Shown here: positions 25,190-35,998 of the stretch, in pieces | Numbering within the stretch: the stretch's first letter is position 1 | How the letters are laid out: each line of letters starts with the position of its first letter | NCBI GenBank assembly: GCA_021432655.1 | Contig: MU271261.1 | Coordinates: 62,001 to 114,372, forward strand | Origin: Atractiella rhizophila | Lineage: Eukaryota | DNA length: 52,372 nt | Direction of reading: 5' to 3' | The notes under the pieces: model-generated | Databases searched by the model: none | What the model was told of the DNA's origin: nothing | What the model saw: only the letters and a program-made list of their open reading frames with translations | Position numbers and translations under genes: made by a program

Positions 25190-25654
25190 TTCTACTGCAT
25201 GAGAAGCCAACGAGAACCAACTTCTCTCTCACATCATAACGCTCTCTAATTCCCCAGATTCCCCGATTATTCTTCATCATCACGCCGGGATTCGCCTCCT
25301 ACATGTCTCGCTTCTCACTCCTAAATAACTCTCTCCTAGCATCAAAAGTTACTCAAACTCACCCCCCACCCTATTTCTCACCTCCATTGCTCGTAAGTCA
25401 CGCTCAAGGTAGGCAGGAGAGAACAGAGCAGAAGAGAGCACATTTTGGCGATAGAATCTGGAATAGCGCTTCATACCATCCAGTCGTTAATTGTGGTAGT
25501 CCTGGATCGATCGGAAGGAGTGTTAAGGACGGTCCAATTTCGGGTACCGCTGAAGGAGGAGGCTGAGTTGGAAACCTGAATCCTGGGAGCATAGCTGACG
25601 CAACAGAATGAGTAAAGTAAAAACAACAAGGGGAGTAATGCTCACCTGGTGAGG
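25190..25654 (-). pseudogene. MSS51: Decayed duplicate of the MSS51 last intron and exon
   Basis: PGFRFPTQPPPSAVPEIGPSLTLLPIDPG...QILSPKCALFC matches MSS51 exon 3, with indels, stops and no 5' part. Confidence 0.9.
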
Positions 25655-27546
25655 ATTTATTGGCGCGCTCTGTATCTTCTCCAGAGGTTGCCTCAGCCAC
25701 CTGCCGCTTCACGTCCCTACACGCAGGCTCCTTACCTTAGCTCTCCCATCTATCTTCTGGAGGTTCTCGCTTTCATCATTGCCTCAGCGATTCCAACGAA
25801 ACATACTCAGAAATTCCTCGAGAGTCGTTGGGTGGAGGCGCACGAATTGCAGAAGGTGTGTACTGGGGTTCACACCAGTTCACATTGTCGGCTCGGCTTC
25901 AGGTTGCTGAAGCTTCGCATCTCCCAAATGCCAATACAAACAAGGCAGACGCAAACTAACGCAAACTCACGCGAACAACCATGACATGAAGGGAATAGTC
26001 AGAAGAGAAGGATGGAAACAGTTTGGTCAGTCTGGGCGAGCAGAAGGCAGCATATCCTTAGCTTAGGTCTGAGATATCGTTGAGAGACTAGTAAGTTTTT
26101 ACTTGTTTGATGAAGCGCTGGATCGTAGTTGCAAACCTCAGATTTCACAATTCGTCTCTCTATTGAGCTCGCAGGAATAGTGATATACTCTCTGACTATG
26201 TAGTATTTCATGCTGTCAACAAAGCGAGGGAACGGTTTACGTCAATTGAGGAATGTCACGTGACGAGCATGAATCTGAACTAAGACCGTGATCCAAATGC
26301 CTTCGAAGAGCGGCCTAATCATACTATGCGACTCGTAGAACAAGCGATGAGGACTAGTACAGTAGAGTCATCATTGACTGGAGTTATCGATCCTGAGTGT
26401 GTGAACGGAAGTGCTTATTTGGTTAGATTTTATTTCTTTTTGTGCTTCCTCACGCTCGCGTGACGTCGACATTGTGAACGAATAATTGCGGCTCCAAAGT
26501 GCCGACCGACTGTAATGAGAGCTGGATTATACCCCTCTGAAAGGGCTTGCTGTTATTTCAATTAATATGATTTCCCAGCAGTTTCTACACTTTTCCAAGA
26601 ATCCACCAACTCTGTCAGAAGATGCAGATGCCACCTATAATAAGTCATGTTGTGCCCCATACTCATCCCGAGACTCGAGAAACGTTATCTTTTTTTTTGC
26701 GGTGACCGTAATTGGGTTCATTCGGAGTGATGTGCTTCGATCCGAGGAGGAACAGCGCAGTAATGTCCTAGTAATGCCTTCCAGAGGCATTGAAGGATGA
26801 TAGTCTTCATATTGTTCACTTACAGTGCATGGCGAAAGTGTTGTGAAAATATGGGCATCTCCTAACCTTCTTCCTTGACCCTTCACGAAAGAATACTTGC
26901 GATCGGGTGATCCACGTTGATGGGCGTAGCGTGCGCAATTTTGGCGTCAGTATCTAATCGGTGTCAACCTCCTTAATCTGATCGATGTTTCCTCGCACCC
27001 TCAGATTCTCATTAGGGCTGCTGTACTGCTGAGAAAAAGTAAGATAGACGGACTATGCGAAAGGCTCCCTACTGGGCTTCTACCATTCACAACGGCGAAT
27101 TCTGATCGGCGACCTAGTTGGTGTCTGGAGATTTCGAACTTCCCTGCAACTGTGAACATTCAAGGCTTCTTCCTGTCTTCCTCTCTGTTTTTTTTAAATA
27201 TGTGACTACTCTCTCTTTGGTCGCTTTTCGTCCCTAACGGACCATGATTGCAGTTTCTTTGGAAACAAATCTCCCGAAGGAAAGACTCACATGCTGAGCC
27301 ACACCCGCTCTTTCGTATCTTAGTGCAATCAGCTCGCTTCGCGATTCAACTAAGATTTTGATCTTACTTTGGAGGCCCCAGAAGGTCCCTGACGTCTGAC
27401 ACTACTGTATGCCTTCGAAATGTCGGGAACAACGAATGTCAAAGTGTTGGTTGGGTATGTTTGGTGACAAAATAAAAGGGCAGCTGTCAAAAGCCTCAGC
27501 CTACTTCACCCCTTTAGACTTGCCTTCGAGACGCCTTTGCTAGAGG

Positions 27547-28180
27547 ATGAACGAGACAGACGAAATTTATATCTGGAAAACAGGGATGGGCAAGTTGTAT
27601 TCTGTCGAAGACTTTACAGCACGTCATGGCTGTAGTTCCCCTGAGGACATTTTGATCGGTAAGCACCTCAGAAACTCTTTAAATTCAGTGTAACCTTTCC
27701 TCGAAGTCTTTCCTGCAGGTACTGTAGTTTTACCGCAGTTTACCTCGTCCTTATACCTTTGTGAAGGCTCTTACCGACGGGTATTGGACGAGAATGGAAC
27801 CGAGTACTTTCCTTCAACGAGAGATGGCTTACTCTGGCTTCGAGGTAGGCCGTCAATACTCCATCCTAACTTCGTTCACCGCTTCATTACCTTTTCGTTC
27901 GTTCACGCACAAAATTTTGGGATTAGGTCAATCGTGCGTTGCCAACCGCTTAAAGAGCCTCGGTTCACGTCGACTTTGTAGGTGCATTTGTCAAAGTTTC
28001 GACATGGAGAACAAATGTGAGAGTTCGGTCCTTCTGCGCTTTCCCTTCAAACTAAAGGCATGGACAGACAAACGACCTGCAGTCATCAGAAAGCACTTTA
28101 TTTCTTGTAGGACCCGAGCGGAACAGTTCGGTCAAAACGACCCGATCGCGATGTGTTGTTTATTGTGGGAAAAGATGTGA
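27547..28180 (+). CDS. 118-aa orphan protein with a C2HC-like motif, paralog B (6 exons)
   Basis: Exons 27547-27658, 27707-27718, 27767-27844, 27927-27933, 27982-28016 and 28068-28180 total 357 nt in one open frame. Confidence 0.8.
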
Positions 28181-28437
28181 AACCCCAAACAAATCCTCCT
28201 GAAATTCCTTTGTCAGCGGCCGATATTAGTGTTTGGATTTTGGGTGTAGTGTAACATGTATCTGGAACCGGTGAGTGCCGGTCTGTACTTTCTCAAAAGT
28301 ATGTTGTAGATGTAGAGGGTAATCGATGGCTCATGTTTATCTCAAATGCAGGAATTAGTACGAATTTGAGTGAAGTAGTGAGGTGCATTAGAGTACTTTT
28401 TAGATAGGAATGGTTCTACAGCATTATGAGAAGCCCA

Positions 28438-29940
28438 TTAGAACCAACTTCTCTTTTCTCTCACATCATAACGCTTCCCTCTAATTCCCCAGATTCCCCA
28501 ATTATTCTTTATCATCACCCTCGGATCTGCCTCCAACACCTCCCATTTCTCACTCCTAAAATAATTCTCTCCAGGCGTCAAAAGCCACTCATACTCACCT
28601 TCCACCCCATCCGTCGTCTCCATCGCTCGCAGGTCACGCTCAACGTCGGCAGGAGAGAAACCGGTGCAAAATAGGGCACATTTTGTTGAAAGGATCTTAA
28701 GCAACGCGTCGTGCCATACAGTCGTTGATTGTGGCGGTCCTGGATCGATCGGAAGGAGTGTTGGGGACGCTCCAATTTCGGGTACGGCCGAAGGAGGAGG
28801 TTGAGTTGGAAACCCGAATCCCGGGGAGAAAGCAAAGAAGACATCGCTGATGCAAGGGTTGGTAAAATAAATGCAATAAGGAGTAGCACTCACTGGTAAG
28901 GATCAAAGGGCTCAAAGATTTGGTGAACCTCTTCGTAGGTACAACGGAGACTGGTAAGCGTGATGTCTGTGCTCAAAATTCTCGTCCAGCTAGGCACGCC
29001 GAAGTATCCCTTCCCTTCTGAATCATTTTGTTCGTGCTTCACTAATCCAACTCCGGGGTTCTTCGGTGGAGGTGGGACGTGTGATTCCGGACCAACAAAA
29101 AAGATGTGAAAAGGAACATTTGGAAACATGTACGAAATCTGGCGGACAAGTGCAGCAGGAAGCGTCGACTCTGCTCGTGCGCCAACGACGAAGACTCGTA
29201 TGGGAAGCAGTGGTTTTTTGAGCGTTGGTTTCTCCCCTAATGGGGGATGCAATGCTATTCGGAGTGCTGCTAAGGAGCGAACACCTTCAGTGGTGAGCCG
29301 CCGATTGCGCGTTGTATAAGGACTGAATTGGTGAAGGACGCTCGCGATGGTGAGAGGATAGGTGAGAATTTTGGAGACGTGCCGCCGCGAGCGGTCATTA
29401 TCTATAGACTTGAAATGACGAGTGTAGAAATATACATCCCAGTTTGCTAACGAGACAACCTCGTCGTAAGGCTGCTCGCCTATTCTCCCCTTCAGCACTG
29501 ACCAACCTCCATTGCAATATGTGAAGCTTACCAGGCATATCGAACTCATCCACATTTCTCCCGCTCCGTAAGTCATGCTCATCCTCATTAATCTCCCTCA
29601 GCTGCCAACAATACCGCTCCCTATCCTCGTCCTCTTCCCACATTTCCTGACTGGCATGAGTTGGGAAACCGCAATCTGGACAGTCAAAAGCAACGTGTTT
29701 CTGAACCCCATACTTCTCTAACGAGACCGGACATAATGCGAGTCGTTTGATTCGCTCCGCCTTCGCTCGCATTGCTGGTATTGGCGACTTGGCCAGGACA
29801 TGGAATAAATCATCCTGCTCGATAATTGGTTTTGGCGGAGGAGGTTTCTGAGGTTGTGCACGTCGCTTGAAGAAGCTAAAGATGGTCCGTGCCTGCCCCG
29901 GAGGCTTGAATGGGCTGAAAGGCGAGCGTAACACGAGCAT
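28438..29940 (-). CDS. MSS51: Mitochondrial COX1 translational activator and assembly factor Mss51
   Basis: QDDLFHVLAKSP, CPDCGFPTH, LREINEDEHDLRSGR, NWDVYFYTRHF, TYPLTIASVLHQFSPY, VGARAESTLP, NNWGIWGIRGKRY. Confidence 0.95.
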
Positions 29941-30011
29941 GAGTGAAGAAATTCATGGCGAATTGTCGCACGTGAGCTAGCGGAACCAAAGCACGCCAGG
30001 TATTGTTTGCC

Positions 30012-31258
30012 ATGAATACCAGGACAGTCAAGTCGCTCGTCTATCAGACGACTCAGAAAACATCCATTTTATTGCAGGGGAGAGTCCCGCGCCAGTCCTC
30101 CGAGAGCCACGAAAAGAGTGTACCGAATTATAAACAACTTGAACCAGAATGGGAGGGCAATCCATATTGTAGGTCCAACTTAGGAGTACTTCGAGGAAAT
30201 TTGACTGTTGTTTAGTACGAATGATTGCGAGTCCTTTGCGTCCATGCATTCTCACGAAACGTAAACACCCTACCTCCCTCATGCTACGATTTTCGGCGGC
30301 GCATGACGAGACAGCTAGCGAAGGAACGCGGCTGGCCACAATGCGCTTAGTTCCTACGCGAATACTTCTAGAGGGCCGCCCCACTCGCAAAGGACGTGGA
30401 GCATGGCTTATATGCCGTAAGGAAGCTGTCGAAGCGATGTGCCGCAAAGGGTGTAAGTGTTCTCCAGTAGAACGTGGTGGTTGACAGAATTAATCAACTT
30501 GCGCAGGGTTTCTTCATTGGAAACTGCTCGAAACGCAAAAGATGGAGAAAAACTCCAATCTCGTTGAACCGGAAGCGTCAAGATTAATCAAGCAGATTCA
30601 ATCTCAACTTGTCCGACGAATTTGGCAGGAACTTGAAGCCCTAGCTGAGAAAAGAGGGAAAGTCCTGTGGTATGAACAGTCACAAGCTAATAATGATAGT
30701 ATGTGTTGTACTTCATTGAATCCATCCGGCGCTGATTTGTATATCCTACTTTGTTCCGAAGAAGAGCCTATAGAGCAAACATCGTTGGATCTTGTCGACT
30801 TACTCAATCGCTCCGACTTAGACTCGATCCTCAGAGCTGATGACGGTTGTTTTCTGTCACGACCACAAGGCTGCATCATTCTTCTAGACTCACCAATACC
30901 GTCAAATTTGTTGACAATTCCAGAAGAAGATGAAGCATTTTCTACTATCCTCAACCATACTCCGGTCTACTCCTTCCCTTACCTTCTCTCCCATTCATCC
31001 ACCGTTTTCCCACCATCTAATGCCGCTCCAGAAGCTGCACGAACCATGGACCTGTTTCGACAGCTCACTCACAGTCAAAAGGAGTGGGATGGTACAGCAG
31101 TGGTAGTGAAGTTCCATATGCGAACAGTTGAATTATTGCAGTCGCTTTGGAGGGCGAGGTTGTGGTTCGGAGAGGGATGGGGCCATGCCGATGGATTGGG
31201 GATTGGAGAGTGGAAGAGTAAGAACCCGCCCAATATGATTCCAAAGATCACAGGATAG
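30012..31258 (+). CDS. Uncharacterised protein with a YlxR/RnpM (DUF448)-like domain, probably mitochondrial (3 exons)
   Basis: Introns 30169-30215 and 30453-30506. NPYLRMIASPLRPCILT..P..MLRF..KGRGAWL..KEAVEAM..KG, C-terminal LWRARLWFGEGW, and a basic/hydroxylated N-terminus. Confidence 0.7.
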
Positions 31259-31439
31259 ATTGTCGTCAAACCAAAGTTCGTTACACGGACAAGATCATCA
31301 CGCAGAGTGATCTTAAACCGTCACCAGTATAGAGTGAGGATCTTTCCCCTGAGACCTGCCCCTGCTCAATAGCAATACTCTTGCTGAGATGAAGTGGGAA
31401 GTGCTTTTGTGCACATCCGTGACTCATGATCGCGTAACA

Positions 31440-31480
31440 ACCTTCACGCTCACAATTCACCTTCACGCTCACAATTCACC
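31440..31480 (+). repeat. Perfect 19-bp tandem duplication (ACCTTCACGCTCACAATTC x2) upstream of the hydrolase gene
   Basis: Seen directly. Confidence 0.95.
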
Positions 31481-31569
31481 GCAATGGAATTGCAAATCGG
31501 AGACATTTGGCCATAAAGCTTGGGAGCCCGTCAAAGGCGCTTGCAGGGTTTTATCAACTTTAACCCAAG

Positions 31570-33973
31570 ATGAAGAAAGGTGACGCAGCAACAATCCCAT
31601 TTGCGGCAGAGAATCCAAGCAAGCGCCATGAAAGGCCTGCATGGAAATTCATAGCTGCAATGCTTCTCGCCCTTTTCTCTTTCAAATTCCTGGTTGCCCG
31701 CCATCCACCTCAATCACTTCACCATGTTATGAGTCGCGAAGGTGGCTTTCGTCCGCAGGTGCAAGAGACCCATGGAATGGTTCCCCGCGCTCCAAAGTGG
31801 GCACCTTGCTTCGATCACCCTACAGAGCTTCCCTGGGAGTGTGCTACCATTGCTGTACCCATGAATCACTTCAATTTGAGCGATGAAAGGAGCTTTACGA
31901 TTGCCCTGAGCAAAATTCCTGCTAGCAAAGACAAAGTGAAGAAGGGAACTGTGTTCACCAATCCGGGAGGGCCAGGCAAGCATCTCTCTCTCTTAACACG
32001 TAGAGTTATCTTATTGACAATGGCTCATAGGTGGAAGCGGAACGGCACAAAATCAAGGCAAAAGTGGCCCAGGACTCCATCGCATCCTGCAAGGAGAATA
32101 CGATCTAGTCGGGTTTGTCTGAACGCGCTCAATCCTACCCGCATCAGCTTACACTTTGTCAGGTTCGACCCTCGTGGTATCAACTTGACTAGTCCCGCAG
32201 TTTCTTGTTTCGAGAATCAGCTAGAGCAATATCTCTTCGACTTGGGTTCCTTGTCATTCAACATTCCTGCGAGTCTATCTCTTCTCCGGGATGGTCACCT
32301 CGAAAGCCAAGTCGCCATTTCGCGAGCTGGTATTGAAGCTGTCAACAGAAAATGCGTGGAGCAGGTGGGAGAACACCTGAAATATGTTTCAACTGCAGAC
32401 GTAATCCGTGACATTCATTGGATGAGCCGAGCTCTCGATGGGGACGACGCGAAGATGTGATTTTCCTGCTTCTTTCTGCATCAAGTCTCATGCTGGTGTG
32501 TAGCAACTTCTTTGGCACGAGCTACGGTACAATCGTCGGGCAGTATCTCACAATGATGACACCTCCCGAAAAATGTGAGCGCTGCTTCCAGTCTTTCACC
32601 TGCTGTGTTAACTTCTTTTGTTAGTGGGCAAGGTGGTGATTGATGGAGTGGTAGAGTAATCATTCTTACTTTGGGAATCTGCAACGTCCTTGTTTAGGCT
32701 GATCTGTGATGCCTAAAGCGCGGAACTTTGGCTCGAATATGGCATCAATATCTTCAAGCAAGGTTTAGATGACAATAACAAAGGTTCGCAAAGCGCCCAC
32801 TTGTTTGCGGTTCTAACGTCTCTCAGTATTTGGAGCCTTCGCGCAAAGCTGTCTCGACGTTGGGGAAGAATGTGCACTTTCAAAGCATTTCCAGACTGTG
32901 GACGATATTCTCGCAGCAATGGACTCTCTCATCGACTCCCTTTATCTTTATCCTATTCCTCTTGACCATCCGGCGCTTCCATCATTATCGTTCCAAGCTG
33001 GCAATCTGCGTTTAGCGTACAACGCAATGGCATACTCCATCACGAGCTGGAAAGCATTTGCTGGTCATATCGAGGATGCGTTATTTAAATCAAACTTCTC
33101 CGGCCTACCTGTAGGACAACCCATCAATTTGACAGAGGCTGCCTTGAAACCAGCGCAATCTGAACGGGCAGGGTCCGTGATATCTACCATCGAATCCTCA
33201 CTAAGTGTTATGAACAGGTCTGCGATTTTCTGTGCGGATGCCAAGCAATGGGATTTGCCCAAGCTCACGCCTCGAGAGTGGACCAAAGCAGCAATGTGGG
33301 GTCTTGAAACATACACGTCAAGAGTTGGAGAGTTCCTCTCTGCCCTTGACCATTGCGACCTCTGGGACATCAAATTTGAAAACAGGTTTGTTTCCCACTC
33401 CTTCGTAAGTCGCCTTTTCACTATCAGACATAGGTATGATCGGGGCTTCAAATTGGAAAATGGGACGTTGGAAACACCTATACTTATTCTCAGTCAACTG
33501 TATGATCCTGTGAGTATTTTTGCTGACTTGTTGTTCCAATTACCAACCTTTCCCGTACTAGGTCACCCCTCTTGTACACGCTACGGACGCTTTGGAACGA
33601 TTCGGTGACAACTCTCGACTGGTCGTCCAATCGGATGGTTATGGGCACTGTGCCATGTGTGCCTCCTTTTCCACCAAGAACAAGACAAGACTAACTGGTT
33701 TTTTTTTTGCGACACAGAGGACAAGCCTCTTTGTGCACGGCTAAGATCCTCCGCGACTATTATGTTAATGGGATAGTCCCAGCAGAGAGCTATACACGAT
33801 GTCAGGTTGACCAAAAGCCATTCTTGCCTTGGAACGACACCCAAGCGGTACTTCAGCATCTCGACATCAGTGCAACTAACATCGAAGACTTTGCGGGGGC
33901 GGTCTCTCTGCTGGAAGGTTTGGCGATGATGGGAGAAGGCATGAGGGATCAGCGAACAAGGTTAGGTTTATAG
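31570..33973 (+). CDS. TAP-like (peptidase S33) alpha/beta hydrolase with an N-terminal membrane anchor
   Basis: ECATIAVP, NPGGPGGSG (across a GC-AG intron), FDPRGI, GTSYGT (nucleophile), IDGV, YDPVTP, GYGHC, SLCT..Y..NGIVP. Confidence 0.92.
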
Positions 33974-34172
33974 TCTTAAAATCTACTCAGTGTTGGATGG
34001 TGGTCATGCACTAGTTTGGTCAAATGTAGCGAGGAAAGTAAGCAAGACTAATCATATTCCCATATCGATATACAAAGTAACAACTAAATATCAGTCTGAC
34101 AAAAGACAGGGAAACATGACACATGAAAACGAAAACCGAGAAGCGAAGTCAAACACAGCAGACAGAAACGGT

Positions 34173-35170
<998 letters not shown>

Positions 35171-35502
35171 GGTTGTTGTTTATTATAAGGTTGTTATTGG
35201 ATGAGGTTGTGGTTGATCGATTGTTTGGGTGGCAAACGATGTGAAGGAGGAGGTGGTTGTTGTGGGTTTGGTTTTCCTTGGTCGTTCTGGTGGAAAGGGA
35301 AAGGAAATCTACCTCGAAAGGTGGGGCCTTTTATGGGTTCTGAAATCTCGCTTCCGACGGCGTCCCAGGTGCCGATGGCACCGCGCCATTTTGGGACCGT
35401 CACGGTTTCCAAATGGGCTTCAAACTGGCCCTCAAAAAGCCCTCTAATTTTTTGGTTGGTGTTGACAATGTGTACTGCGGATAGTAGGACCGTGACTCAA
35501 AG

Positions 35503-35516
35503 GCCCTAACCCTACT
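35503..35516 (-). promoter_or_regulatory. Telo-box-like element AGTAGGGTTAGGGC upstream of H3
   Basis: The same 14-mer occurs at 41845-41858. Confidence 0.5.
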
Positions 35517-35998
35517 ACTCGGTGACACAAACAGACCCCAAAACGTCTTTCCCACCAGTTTCTCAATTACCTGAGTTTTCCCTTCCGGATTCTGTATATC
35601 TGGATGATCATCCCTGCAAAGCAGCTGGTTGCAAGTCATGAAAGACGTTGTACGAAGATGCAAACCGGTGCAGCCGCGTCGGTCTGTTTGGACCCCCAGG
35701 AGCTTCAGTGATGACCATACTATTGAAATGATGGGAAGATGTCCTGGGAACGGGAACGGTACACACGCACTAATAAGATACGGGAACTGTGAAACTCGGA
35801 CCACCGACCGAGTACTTCAGTCGTTTAGGTCTGACTGACTTTCCTCCCATTTAGATAGCTGCTTCGTCCAAGTCCAAAAGTCGGCCAGAAATCAGTCCTT
35901 TCTTTCCTTTTCTTCCTTTAGCAGTATACATCTGTGCCGCGAAGGACAGCTCGTGTCCGTCGTCTCCATCTCCAGAGGTTGTCGAAGCTTCGTTCAGT

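Larger units (their letters stand above)
23590..28900. repeat. Older, diverged direct segmental duplication: ~23590-25654 versus ~26805-28900
   Basis: Colinear similarity across the upstream region, the small gene, the intergenic DNA and the MSS51 last exon. The left boundaries are approximate. Confidence 0.9.

Noticed and set aside
25655..26800. Spacer between the duplicated units, with short ORFs and a GTCACGTGAC palindrome
   Set aside because: No supportable gene model or element ends; a single palindrome is weak evidence.
31440..31480. 19-bp and 23-bp repeats as CRISPR-like arrays
   Set aside because: Only two adjacent copies, no spacers, eukaryotic context.
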